This document shows, piece by piece, positions 1 to 12,406 of a stretch of 64,000 nucleotides of DNA. The stretch covers positions 1,926,492-1,990,491 of the forward strand of contig CAJINV010000012.1 in NCBI GenBank assembly GCA_905178155.1, in the 5' to 3' direction. A program made the position numbers and the translations under genes. The DNA comes from Amoebophrya sp. A120. Lineage: Eukaryota; Protista; Dinoflagellata. Below the pieces are notes generated by a model that was given only the letters and a program-made list of their open reading frames with translations, did not search any database and was not told where the DNA came from. How positions within the stretch are numbered: position 1 is the first letter of the stretch; every line of letters starts with the position of its first letter.

Positions 1-3000
1 ACTAAACACCGTTGGAAGTCGATCAGTAAGGTGTGGGATTCCGCGTCCCAGTGCCGGAGGCCCATGCGGGATAATCTCGTTTCCCACTTTGGTTTCTCGA
101 CCTTCTTCACGATTATGCAACACAAAATCACCGCACGATATGCTTACCAAAGCACGAAAACCAAAAGCTTCAGCAACGCAGTCATGCAATTTCTCTTGCG
201 GAATGGATCTGGGTGAAGAGCCTTGTCATGCATCATCGCCATGCATGACTCTAGGAGCTTATCTTGCTCACACGTGTGATGCGATTTCTGTGTGGGTAGC
301 AACTATTGCTTGGGTCTTAGCCGCGTCGGAGCCGGAGGAGGGGCCGGGGGAACCTGATAGTGATATAGATTTCTCGTATTGCGAATTATGAACTACGGGC
401 ACGACAACTTACTGCATGTTCCTCATGCACGTGCTGTTCATGCAACAAGACAAAAAGGTTTACTTATTTTGATTCCATTTCCTTTGTCAACGCACTTAAA
501 ACTGTCATACGACCTGAGCGGCAGGTGGATGTAAACAGAATCCTCATTAAATTTAAACTACCGATCAGTGTAAAAATACCTGGCGGCGTTTTCTTCAGAC
601 TGGCGTCATCCCCACTTCCGCTCGCCAAATTTGCCTGCGTGGCGGATGCGTTTAAGTTTGCGCTACTCGCGTTCGCGTTCCCTATTTCCGCGCCCTCTTG
701 CTGGACGGTTTCTACAACATCCAACGATTCCCCTAGCAGATCCGGCTTCGGCACACCCAACTTCATCACCCAATCCAGCAGTTCCGGCCCTTGCCGACTA
801 TTCGCGTTGTAGACGAAGCTTGGCGGGCAGTCCTCCCAGAGCAGGAAAAAGTAGACCGCGGATAAGTGGATTTTCTTCTGCTCCACCAACTTCTTAAACG
901 GCTCTTCGCACATGTAGACGAACTCGAAGCAGGTGATTTCTATTTGCAAGGGGAGGAGATTTGGCGGCTTTTCAAATATCACCGGCAGGTCGTCTATCGC
1001 GTCAGACTGGACGACTTGGAGGTAATTGCCGTCCTTTTTCGACTTGTTCGACTTGAAGTTCTTGGACTTCAAATCGTCCGCCTCTTCCCCCAGCCGGCTC
1101 TGCAACCTATGAAATGCAAAAGCACCGTACTAGTAGTAACCGCATTACAAATTTGCTAAGCGTGACAAAAGGAATTTATCATGCTGATTCATGATCTTGA
1201 GAAAGAGATTTGTCATGCACAACTGCGATTACTACGAATGCGATACTTCTGCACAGGATACAACCCACGCAGCGTGGATTTTTGATTCTTGCCCTCTTCT
1301 CTTTTCTCCCGTTCCTCATCCCACCTAACCACAGCCTTTTGAAACAGTTCCGACCAGGCTTTGGTCAGCGTGCCGTGCTTCTTTTTCAGCTTGTTCTTCC
1401 AGATAATCACGTCCTTGTGCAGCTTCGAAAACGCGTCGTTCTGCATCTTCTTCCGCCTTGGGTCGCCAGTGGGGGAAAGAATCCTGTTCAGGTAGGAGGT
1501 TGTCGTGGAGTTTTTGCAGAATTACAAATGACGAGGATCTAGTTTTGTGCAGCTCCACCTCCAGCAAGCCCAAGCTTCACTAGACTGACAAGTCAGTGAG
1601 ACGCGATGTGGTGCTCCTTCGCACATAAAAGTCACTCTATGTCTATCTTCATCATGATGCTCATGCCAAATCATTGACCAAAGATCTTCCAGTACCTTGG
1701 CGACCCTCCCTGTTCTGGGTCAAATTCCTTGCTCCTCGCGCGGTTGAATTCCTGCGTTGTCCGCAAGGTTTCTCGGGTCACCATGGTGGTTTTCAACCCC
1801 ACTCGCTTCGGCGAGCGCATCTCCTTCGGGATTTCCTGCATCGTGAACACCTCTTGCGTATGGGTTGTAAAAGTGTCTGGGTCTGGAAACTTGTGACGCT
1901 GGGTGGCGTATCATGAAGAGGCCACAAGTGCTGGCGCAGCATGACAAGCTTTTGAGCTTCTAGGTGTTGCCTATTCTGCGTGACAAACTGCGTTTCTGCA
2001 TGACAGCAAAGTGGGGCTCTTGGGTATCGTGCATGACAGATTTAAGAGTCATGCCAGACAAGCATGACAGACATGCAATCTTCCAGACCCAGACACTTTT
2101 GCATTTGATATTGCGCAAAGTGCTTGCTGTATTCCAGTTCAATCAAGTCGAACGCAAAGTCCAAATCTTCTTGTAGCAGGTAATTCCCGAAGCTGTGCCG
2201 GCGGATCAATAAAGGGAAAACCGCCTTCACCTCCCGTTTCATGTTGATCTATCCAAGAAAAAAACTGTGTTAGTGTAACTTTCTATCGGCTGACAGCATC
2301 ACAAATTTGCTCTACATGACAGAGAAAACCTGTCATGCGTGGCTTGTAAGGGAAAACGCACATGAAAAGAGAACTTAATGGTTGTCTGGCATGACAGGCG
2401 TAACTTCGTTGCATGTTCTGCATTACAGAGTCACACTTACACAGTTTTTTTCTTGCATATGATCATGTCCCGCTTCATCTTCGTCGCTGTGCGGACTTGG
2501 GAAGCGTCTAAATTCGCGAGGAGTTGTGTCTCCAGTGCTACTATGCATTGGAAAAGCATCGCACTCGTAGTAATTCCTGTGATGCATGACAAATCTACTG
2601 TCTTAAAGAAATCAGCATTACAAATTCTTCTTTTCTTCTTGGCAAAATTTGTCATGCTATTCCTACTAGTACGATACTTTGGCAATGCATAGCTACCAGC
2701 TGCACGCACTTGTCCTGGAAGTCTTGATACGGCATCTTTAAGATATCCTTTTTATCCTGTGCAAAAGTATCGTACTCGTAGTAATGGCAGCCATGCATTA
2801 CAAATCTTTTTCTTACGGCAAACCCGCATTACAAATTTTATTTCTCATGCTGAGGAAATTCGTAATGCATTTATACGAGTACGATACTTTTGCACAGGAT
2901 ACTTTTCCCGGAAAAACCAATCGGACAAAAGCTGTTTCGCCTTGTATTTTGGTATCGACCGGAAGGTATCCAACCCGTTCAAAGACAGCTGGTCCGCTTG

Positions 3001-5275
3001 CTGTCTGCGTTTTATCGCCCGTTCGTCCTCCGTCGGTGCGCCTTTCGGCTTTTCCTCCTTCTTCGCCTCCTCGGCTGGCGGTTGCGCTGCCTGCGACTTG
3101 TTGGCGGCATCGTCCTTTTTGCTTGCCTTTTTGCGGTATCAAATGCAAATATGTCTGGGTCTGGAAGAGTGTAGCTTGTCATGCTACATCTGGATCGTGG
3201 AAAAATCTGTGTTGCATGATTACCAAAAGAGCAAGAGGTCCATTTTTGAACAAGTTTAGAGGCAGTTTCCTATGCAGGAAAGGCATGATAGAGATCTCCC
3301 AGAACCTGTCATGCTAGGCCGTGCATGCTAGACCGCGCTGGTCATGGAAAACCTGCATGACAAACCTAGCAATCTTCCAGACCCAGACATTTTTGCCTTT
3401 GATATACTGTCTTTTCTCGACTTCTTCGTGTCGGGAGGAGGCTGAAGATTTCGATTTTTTCGTATAAAGTTTGTAGAACACCAATACAACTTCAACTGAT
3501 CTTCATACAACTGACAGACAGCGACCATCTTCCTCGTAGTTCTTGCACACGCTGTAGTTGCAGTGCAGTGCCATCCTCCTCCTCGCAAAGGGGAAGCTCT
3601 TTATTGCAGCTATCATGCTATGCAGAAACAAGAACGAAGTTTCTGCAAATCTTCTAGTACCTACACGAAAAAAACTATACCGCAACAGTCTCCACGGGTT
3701 TCTCTTCGAATATTATCCCTTCTAGTGGGTGTTTATCCTGTGCAAAAGTGTCGCATTCGTATTCATTGCAATCATGCATTACAAATCTGTTTATTAAGGT
3801 AAATCCGCATTACAAATTCTATTTCTCATGCTGCGGAAATTTGTCATGCATTTATACGAGTACGATACTTTTGCACTTCATAGTGTTTTTTCTCCCGAAA
3901 AGTGTAGCCGAACTTCTTTCCCAAGTAGTCCGTATCCAGCTCCTGCTCGTTTGCGATCAAAACTTTTCTCACAATCCGGAAGATGAACCGGGATAAAAAG
4001 TCCGTGCCCTTCTTGTCCAAGTCCCGTAGAGTGAAGGACTCGTGCTCCGCGTTCCGGTATCAAAATGAAAAATCCCCCCACCCCATACTCAAACTAGAAA
4101 TTAGTGATGCAGATTTGTGGCCACAAATCAGCTTTGTCATGCTAGAAGGGAAAAGATGCGGACTGCAGTGCTGGTTGGCGTGGGAAAGCCTTGCATCTTC
4201 AGCATGACAGGGGGCAGCAGGAAGTGGGAAACAGCATGACAAATTGCCTGCAAACGAGGCCACAGCTGCGTCTCTTGGCCTTCTAGCATTACACGTCGAT
4301 TTGTGTACTCAAATACAGCATCACAAATTTCGTTTTCGATATGGGGAGGGGGGATTTTTCCTTTTGATATCCGGATGGCCATCGGTGCGCGCGACGAACC
4401 CGGTCGCCATTCTGACACCGCGGTACCCGGGCCGACTGAGAATTTCAATTTGTGATGGAGGTGGAGGTACTTTTTTCATAAGAAAACCTAAATCTCTTCC
4501 ATGATGCGGCAAAAATAAGCGACGCATGAGATGAAAAAACAAAACACAAACCAAAAGGTCGTCCCTATGTTGTATACATTTCACAGGACTGCTGGTTGGG
4601 CTGTGGGTCTTGGAAGGTGATTTTTTGTCAAATTGCGCGACCACACCGTATCAAACGCAAATGTCTGGGTGTGGAAGGATGCGAGGTTTGCCATGCACGT
4701 TTCGCATGACCCATGATGTCTGTGATGCGTGCCCGAGCATCACAGATTTTTTGAGGGCGTCTTCATGCTTACGCATATTCCGCATGAGAGACTCCCTCTC
4801 CACAAAGCAACAACTGGACTCCTCTTGCTGCTCATGCAATACAGATTTTTTAAGAGTCCGAAGGCAGCATCACAAGTTGCATTTCTCCAGACCCCGACGT
4901 ATTTGCATTTGATACAGCGCTCGTCTCATTGATTTTGTCCACCCGCTGTTGCACGATCGCGTTTTTCAGCGTCAACACGTTCTCGTAGCCACTCACCCGT
5001 ACCCTTTTGCAGAACTCCTGAACGCTGATCCGCTGTTTCTGTTCCGGATCGAGATACACGCGCCAGAACTCGGCCATCTGCATGCCCGCCTTCGCATGCT
5101 TGATGAACGACCGGAACTCGTTAAGGACGTCATTTTCCTGGGTCAGTTCCTCCTCCTCCCCCGTGTTATCCTGGTGCGAGGCCGAGAGGTCGAAGGAAAA
5201 AGACAGGTCCTGCGTCGTCGCGCCTGGCGCCGCAGCGGCGGCTGCCGCGGGGTTTGCAGCTCCGGCGTCGGCCAT
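1..5275 (-). CDS. Large multi-exon hypothetical protein with an EF-hand-like segment; 3' end probably runs off the window
   Basis: Starts MADAGAANP at 5275. ORF pieces join in frame after introner removal (ETS|xVVAQFDKK, RKD|xKKASKK, LRGL|QSRLGEE). LDPEQKQRISVQEF is EF-hand-like. Bases 1-113 remain open on the minus strand. Not every junction was resolved. Confidence 0.65.
114..301. mobile_element. Decayed introner
   Basis: TAT left end, weak TIR, TSD ACGAT/ACTAT; removal keeps the frame (QAIV|KKVEKP). Confidence 0.45.
1108..1260. mobile_element. Introner, family B (TGCAAAAGTATCG TIR)
   Basis: TAT...ATA, TSD CAACC; frame restored. Confidence 0.9.
1859..2110. mobile_element. Introner, family A (TGTCTGGGTCTGGAAG TIR)
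   Basis: TAT...ATA, TSD TTGCG. Confidence 0.9.
2250..2459. mobile_element. Introner, family G (CAAGAAAAAAAC TIR)
   Basis: TAT...ATA, TSD TGATC; homologous to 38132-38326. Confidence 0.9.
2542..2691. mobile_element. Introner, family B
   Basis: TAT...ATA, TSD GCTAC. Confidence 0.9.
2753..2901. mobile_element. Introner, family B
   Basis: TAT...ATA, TSD CTTTT. Confidence 0.9.
3137..3404. mobile_element. Introner, family A
   Basis: TAT...ATA, diverged TSD TGCGG/TACTG; removing element plus 5 nt keeps the frame. Confidence 0.85.
3734..3882. mobile_element. Introner, family B
   Basis: TAT...ATA, TSD GTGTT. Confidence 0.9.
4058..4369. mobile_element. Introner, family D (AAAAATCCCCCC TIR)
   Basis: TAT...ATA, TSD TCCGG. 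Confidence 0.9.
4649..4914. mobile_element. Introner, family A
   Basis: TAT...ATA, TSD CACCG/CAGCG; frame restored. Confidence 0.9.
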
Positions 5276-5942
5276 AGAATTGGTTGTAAAAGAAGTTTTA
5301 CAACAACAAGAGTATCAAAGTCAGCTCAACACCATCTTCAAAATGTCCTGGTCGCAGTGCGATAGACTGCGACCTCTTCCTCGCTACTGAACAACAGTTT
5401 TCAGGGTTGTAGTTTTCAACACGAAAAATCATGAAGACGAAACAACAAAGACACAGAGTCGCAATGCAACAATGTAACGATTATTTTCAATACTGTTTTG
5501 ACTTGTAGCGACGTGTCGTTCTTTGATGCGATTACACTATACGATTTTTTCCATTTCTCTCGTGGATCATTCCCTCTAGAAGTACTACGAAAACAAGTGT
5601 CGCTCTTCGTCTCTCGATTTTTTCTTCACACGAAGACGATCATGAATGACGAGGATTTGAAGGGCACGACTTTATTATATTCGGGCATCATGGAGGAGAT
5701 GGAATAGGTGGAGCGTCGAAAGCGATAACGATATAGACCAACCACCACCACCACGACCAGAGCTAGAGCAGTACAGCTCGTGTATGAAGTCGGGGTAGTT
5801 GTTCCGTGTGACTTCTATGCGAACGCCGTACAACAGCAAGATACTCCCGTAAACAACAGGGTTCTTGTTCAATCGGTAATGAAACTAAAAATTTGATCCT
5901 TTGTTCTCCAGATGAAGCTGCAGAAGTTCTTCACAAGTGTGA

Positions 5943-8900
5943 TCAAAAAATCATCGGTGGTTTCGTGACCATCGGATGTGCGATTTTTCGAAATTCCACG
6001 TACTGTCTGGCGATCCTGTTTATCACAATTGATTTCAGACACGTCATGCAGCCGAAGCACTTGGCGTAACTCAGGTATTTTTCCTGCAAAAACCACGGCT
6101 TTTCCATATGCATTGCAAAAGTATCGCACTCGTATGAATGCATTACAGATTTCCTCAGCATGAGAAATGAAATTTGGAATGCGGATTTACATTTAGGAAA
6201 AGATTTGTAATGCTAATGCATGATTGCAATTACTACGAGTACGATACTTTTGCAGAGGATATTCCACCCCCTCAAACCACTGCGCGAGAAAATCCTTCTC
6301 GATTTCTCCAATCGTTTATGACAGTGCACAACTACCCCTACCCCTCATTTGTCATGCAAGTCCCCGAATCCACTCGGTGCCTTATCGCACTGCTTGCATG
6401 ACAAGTTCTGGCACCCCGAAGAGCACTGCAACCCAGTGGAAATTTGTCATGCAGAACTGGCATTCTTGCTGATGCTTGTATTGGCGTTCATGCTATACAA
6501 ATGGGGTGGAGGGGGAGTTGTGCACTGCCATATCGTTTCCTTGGTTGAGTAGTCCGCGGATCTGTCCTTCCAATTCGCCTGCACCCACTGCTGAAAGGTC
6601 GCTTGGTAATCGCTCTGCGTAAAGTCAATTTTCAAATCCGTCTGCATCCGAGTGAACGCAATCGGCTCTACCTGTTTCGTCTTCGGGTTTACGGCGGTTG
6701 TTTTTGGTTCGAATTTCTCACTCACGTCCGTCACCTTCAGCTCTCCGAAGAAGCTGTTTCGGTGCGTGTAGACCCGTTTAGTTGTCGTCCTCCGGTTTTT
6801 CCCGGAGCCAGTCGTGGTGGTCACCGTGTGGTAACAGGCAATCTTCCACTCAAAAGTGACCGTCGCTTCTTGGCAGTCTTTGATCCGCGCCGCGACCTTC
6901 GGAATTCCCACCACGGGCTCGCTTTGCAGCGCCTCCAGGAACCGCATCCGGGAAATGGCTCCGTAGTAGCACCCGGCGCCAAGCAGTGTGCCGATGAGCA
7001 CCATCGGGAGGACGAGGAAGTGCATGCGCACGATCAATTCGTCTAGGACGGTGGAAATCAGGGCCAGGAAAATCAGTCCGCCGATATGGGTATCCTGGGC
7101 AAAAGGATCGCACTCGTAGTGATTGCAGTCATGCATCACAAATTTCCTTCTGAAGGTAAATCCGCATGACAAATTTTATTTCTCATGCTGGGGAAATTTG
7201 TAATGCATTTATACGAGTACGATACTTTGGCAATGCATAATGGAAGAAGTAGCCGATAAGGGCGCAAAGGTCCGTGCCGGTGCATGGTTGTTCATCGGCT
7301 GGGGCGGCAGTCGTGGAACTTGTTTGCTGTTCACCTCCGGAATTAGCAGTAGTGGTGAGTTGCTGCTTCTTGATGCTCACGCCCATCCATTTCGTGGTGT
7401 CGATTTTTGTCTGTGGAAGTCCGGGCTGTTCTACTACTACTGCTTCCTCCTGTGGGGCTGCAAACCGCTGATCCATCATGGCTTGAAAGCCCCCACCAGG
7501 ACCCGCTTGAGGAGCTCCACCGTAATCGAAGACGTTAGCTGGTGTCATCTTCATTACGGCTGGCATTCCCTCCGGATCGTTTGTATGCATTGCAAAAGTA
7601 TCGTACTCGTATAAATGCATTACAAATTTCCTCAGCATGAGAAAGAAAATTTGTAATGCGGATTTGCCTTAAGAACAAGATTTGTAATGCATGATTGCAA
7701 TACGAGTACGATACTTTTGCACAGGATAGTTTGCGTAAGGATTGATGGTGACGAACGCCGGCATGTTCTGCGTAAAAACATCCCCATCCCAGAGTTGTTG
7801 TGCAAATCTGCATGCCGGAAAAGTTTCTCATGCGGAGCCCCATGCGAAGCATTTTGTCGCCGTGTTTTGGAATTTGTGTTGCTTTCATCAGCGTGATGCG
7901 CTAGGTCTGTGATGCTGCTGAACTAGCTAAACAGGACTACACTACGGGGACAAACCTCTTGCCATGCGAAGCAACCAACTCTGGTCGATTTGTGTAGCTG
8001 ATTTTGCAGTATGCGGTGGGGACGTTTTTACTCAGGATACGGCATTTCCGGCCGGCGATTCAGTTCCACCAATGCCCACTGCTCCAGCACCTCCCTATGG
8101 CCTGCTCAAACGTTACAATGATCTCAAGCGTTACAACAGAATCTGGAATTTGTATTGCATGAAAAGCATGAGGAACGCAGAGAGAGTTGAGCTTTTCGCA
8201 ATACAAATTTTGCCGGATTTGAGGTGGGTTTGGGACTCCGAAACTTGTCATGCGCAATCCTATGGGAGTAGGCTAGATCATGCAGCTCTTGCATCACATA
8301 TTTCCAGATTCTATTGTAACAGTTGAGATTGTAACGTCTGAGCGGGTCATACTCCCGGGCGTGCTTTTTCTCCTTGTTCAGGTCGCTACAATCGGCCAAC
8401 ATCAGTTCCATTTGCAGTTTGATCAGCAACTCGTCGATCGAAATAATCCCGTTCTTCTCGATGTCTAGTTTCGTGAAAAGCGTGTCAAACTCCGCATCGG
8501 TTAGTTGCAGATGGTAGAGGAAATACCGCAGCTCCGCCCTGCACAGAACCCCCGACTATGCATTGCAAAAATGTCTGGGTCTGGAAGCTTGTAATGCTGC
8601 GTTGGGAATAGCGAATGCTCTGTAATGCACAGCCAAGCATGAGAAATATCTGCGCTTCAGCTTCTTTGTGTTGCGTTTTTCGCATGACAAACTGCGTTTT
8701 TGCATGACAGGCAAAAGGGTCTCTTCTTGGACACGCATCACAAACTTTTTGGTCATGCCAGACAAGCATGACAGACCTCGCAATCTTCCAGAACCAAACA
8801 TTTTTACATTTGATACCGACCGGTTCACGTCCATTTCTTGTTTGAACAGGTTCCGAAGATCGTCCGCTGTCGCGGAATTCATCTGCACCGCGGAAGACCT

Positions 8901-9476
8901 TTCTTGCAGCTCGACCTCGCTCGAGCCACCTCCCTGTGTTGCTGGATCGAAGTTCTCTGATGCAGATGATGATGCTTTTTGGTTTCCAGCACTTCCGGTG
9001 GTCGCATTATTAGCTCTAGGAGAGATGTCCGCGAAGTCGGTTACAACCGATCTCCGCGATTTTTCATCGAGTAGTAGGATGAACTTGTAAGCCGCTGGTG
9101 CGATGAAGGACTTGGACTCTGCATTCAGTGGTATCGCCCGGCAGCGTTTGGACCTGTTCGACCTTTCAACCGTATGCGGAAGGAGCTGCTCATGCTCGTT
9201 GTGGCCGTAGGATGAGAAAGTAGATTCAGATGCGGCAAACGAACTCTCCGCGATTTTGACAATCTGCAGCAATTCGGTCGCTTCGAGGCCCAAATTCCTG
9301 ATGAAGTTCCCCTCTTGCCGTATCGGCGTGTTAAGCGTGGCGCGTTTCTCGAAAACCTTCCCGCTTTGGTTAATCACCACGACCAAGGTGCTCCCACTCG
9401 GCGGCGCCGGCTCGAACACGAGAGGCGTGTCTACTCCGGAGGAGGGGTCGTGGCGTTTGCGGAGGAACATGGACAT
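5943..9476 (-). CDS. EF-hand pair plus TMEM151-like membrane protein, 7 introner introns
   Basis: Hand splicing gives a continuous ORF with DVNRSGVLCRAE...DIEKNGIISIDE (two EF-hand loops), hydrophobic helices (FFHIGGLIFLAL..., FLVLPMVLIGTLLGAG) and WKIACYH...KRVYTH, which resembles TMEM151. Stop at 5943. Confidence 0.75.
6107..6261. mobile_element. Introner, family B
   Basis: TAT...ATA, TSD TTCCA; frame restored. Confidence 0.9.
6317..6532. mobile_element. Introner, family E (AGTGCACAACT TIR)
   Basis: TAT...ATA, TSD TCGTT; frame restored. Confidence 0.9.
7091..7239. mobile_element. Introner, family B
   Basis: TAT...ATA, TSD ATGGG/ATGGA; frame restored. Confidence 0.9.
7584..7728. mobile_element. 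Introner, family B
   Basis: TAT...ATA, TSD GTTTG; frame restored. Confidence 0.9.
7764..8039. mobile_element. Introner, family J (GTAAAAACnTCCCCA TIR)
   Basis: TGT...ATA, TSD CGGCA; frame restored. Confidence 0.85.
8096..8351. mobile_element. Introner, family K (CTCA..CGTTAC TIR)
   Basis: TAT...ATA, TSD CTCCC; frame restored. Confidence 0.9.
8557..8815. mobile_element. Introner, family A, splits an EF-hand loop
   Basis: TAT...ATA, TSD CCGAC; rebuilds DVNRS|GVLCRAE. Confidence 0.92.
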
Positions 9477-10257
9477 GATGGAGTTGTTTTTTTTTCTTTG
9501 GAGTCTTTCTCTTTAATTCTGCTACAGCCCAAAAATCAAAAACTTTAAACACCGAAATGTTAGATCTAGAAGCAGCTAAGTATGTGTAGAGCCGCTCGAC
9601 GAGTTATCGGCCCATGCGGATTGACACTCTGAAAATTGCAGCGCTCGCCCTTCTTTACGTATCCCTCTCCTCTGCAGGCCTATGCCTATCATCGCTCCAC
9701 ATTGATGGCTGTCGCCGGTGGTGCAGTTGTCGTTTTACAAACGCTCGACTATGCCTTATTGCGTCATGGACGGCAACGAGTCCTGGCACGGAAGGAATGA
9801 TGTGTAATCTGACTCTGAACTACCAGTAGTAGTACAGAACACATCTGCCACCTGTGAAGATGGTAACGTAAGAACTCATCTACGCTACATGTTGCGATGT
9901 GCCGCAAAAGCTGCGTTAGGAGGACGGCAGCGATTTTTCTCTGCAGCACCGTCCACGACGCATCCTTCTTGCCGCAATAATGTTCTTCTTGGAAATCTGA
10001 CTTGCTTCCTGCTGTCCATCATACACCACAATTTGCAATGATTATACATGGGGGCTATGTCTTGAGGTTAAGACCTTATCCCTCCAAACAAGGAGGTGGG
10101 GGCTGATTTCCAAAGTATCCTCGTCTTTTTTACAAATCCCTACTGTCATTCCGCCTTAAATTCTACAGAAATATCTTCTTGCATGTCCTCATGCGAACAC
10201 GCAGTAACGACCACCCGCCTCGGCAGCTACTGGTACAACATCTGTACCTGCTCTATC

Positions 10258-10396
10258 TCAGTTCAACTGCTGCACCTTCAAGTGCAGATCTATTGAAATA
10301 ACACCAGCTTCTATTGAGATCAGTTCAACCGCTTCTATTGAGATCTATTGAGATCTATTGCTCTATCTCAGTTCAACCGCTTCTATTGAAATAACA
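10258..10396. repeat. Duplicated TRIM gene 3' end plus short tandem array
   Basis: 10258-10290 is identical to 12407-12439 and is followed by repeats of TCTATTGA(GATC/AATAACAC) and CAGTTCAACCGCT. Confidence 0.8.
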
Positions 10397-10575
10397 CTTT
10401 TAGAAAAGGCGGCTAATTTTTGGCGTTCGCGTTTAATATTTTGTGGATGATTGACAAACGCACAATCGACGAACAGCTGAATTTTGGATTGTTATACTAT
10501 CATGGTGGTTTTGCTCCTTTTCTTTGAGGAAGTATGAATCTAATTTCCACCCCCCTGTAATTTCTCAGCCCCTTG

Positions 10576-11800
10576 CTAATCCTCCCTCGGAATTAACGCG
10601 GGTGGACCGCTTGTGCATCTGTTGTCAAACCCACTTTTTACTCCCGCCAAGAACCCCTTGACAAATGCGGATTTTAATGTTTCCTCATTCGCCAGTCCAT
10701 ATTTCATCAAAACTTGCTCCGTTACCAAATCTTCCGCCGTTGCTCCATATTTCACCAAAACACTTTTCATCTTTTGCAAGTTGATGTCGAACCAGTCGAT
10801 AAAGGCCGCAATCGCTTTATTCTTGAACATCTCCGGATCTTTCTCGAATTTCGTCCGCGTCAAATCCGGTTCCGGCGCGGGATCGTTTGACTGCTCGTAC
10901 TTCTTCGTGTCGTCGCGCACCAGTGCCTTCCGAAACCCACACCCCATCTCTTTTCCGTCATGTGCACGCTCATGTCCAGTTCGTTGCGCAAATGGTTCAT
11001 TTCCTTCACTTGGTTCGGGTTCTCTGCACTCTCAGCCGCCGTACTCTCGCTCGCCGCGTTGCTTGTTCCTCCACCGCGGACCCGATTCCACCAGTCGCTC
11101 ATTGGCTTCATCAATTCACCCGTCTCCACAAACCCCTCGGCCTCCCCAGATCCCGTCACAATTTCCGGACTAAATTCCCCCTCGTGATCGCTGACCATCC
11201 GCTCCTTTTTACTGTTACTGTTTTTCCCGCGATTACTGTACTGTACTGTTCTTGTTCCGCATCCGCATCTCCAACCGTGCCGGAGGACACCACGTTCGCT
11301 TGCACCCCCGGGAGTTGTTGCACCACCAGTCCACCCGCAGCGGACAGAGCGGTCACCAGCACCGCTTTGCCAGCCCCGCTTCTGGAGCGGCTCGCACTGG
11401 TGGTCGCTTTCCTCGTGTTGTTCAGCAGCTCACGGTCATCTGCTTCATGGAATCGTTCGCGCCCGAGGCGTATCAAATGCAAATATTTCTAGCTGTGGAA
11501 GATTGCTAGGTTAGTCATGCAGGTTTTCAATGACCACGACCAGCCACAAGGTCTGGCATGCACGGCCTAGCATGACAGATTCTGTGAGATGGAGATCTCT
11601 ATCATGCCTCACCTGCATGCGAAACTGCCTTTACACTTGTTCAAAAGTGGACAACTTTTGGTCATCATGCAACGCATATTTTTCACGATCCAGATCTAGC
11701 ATGACAAGTTACACTCTTCCAGACCCCGACGCATTTGCAATGCATAAGGCGCGAATCCGAAAATGAAAATCGACTTCTACTACTTCTTGCTTCAGGCCTT
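10576..11800 (-). CDS. Hypothetical protein, exon structure unresolved
   Basis: Protein-like ORF pieces 11156-11482, 10860-11198 and 10576-10947 lie in different frames and there is one introner. A full splice path was not found. Confidence 0.35.
11471..11746. mobile_element. Introner, family A
   Basis: TAT...ATA, TSD AGGCG; host frame unresolved. Confidence 0.85.
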
Positions 11801-12406
11801 GCTTATGTGAGCTCCCAAGTAGACTGCCACTGCATCGCTTGCGCTTGCTTTCCCAGCCAATGCTCTCTCCCACTCTCACAACAACTCTTCTCTCTACGCA
11901 GGAAGCGCGAGGACGAGACTTTCGCTCCCAAGGGAGCAAGTTTTGATCGAACTGAACAACAGAGGACATCGTATGACGAGCACGTACTAGTGCGAAGCTA
12001 CACGCGAAGTGTCGCGCTAGAAGAGTTCCTTCACGTAAGAAGGCGGCGATTGCTCTTCTCGGTTTCTACAGCGTCCGCGAGGACGCTTCCTTCTTGCCGC
12101 ACTGATGACGCCCTTCCTTCTTGGAATAAATCTGTACTGGCCATCATACAATGGAATGTCTATCATCCAGGTCTGCAATGATCATACATTGGAGCAGGTT
12201 CCAGGGCCACTTGAGGTCACGGCTGTATCCTTCCATATAACAGCTACGAGGACAATCTCCAAAGCATCTTCATCTTTTTTTACAAGTTCATCATCAGACT
12301 TCAATTCTACAACTAAATTATGTTCTCATACGTCGTCGTCGTCGTCGTCGTCGTGTGAACAAGTAGTGACACATCTCTGCAACTGCAGCTGCAACTCCTG
12401 TCTTTT

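Noticed and set aside
1103-2906. A rule that the TSD supplies a G to create a GT donor (G|TAT)
   Set aside because: It fits 1108 and 2753 but fails for most others; several TSDs contain no G on the sense strand.
2759-3317. Many ORF-track peptides with recurring words (MSGSGR, CLGLEE, YPVQKYR, FQTQTFLHLI, CAKVSYSY) suggesting a repeated protein family
   Set aside because: They are translations of introner TIRs in various frames, not genes.
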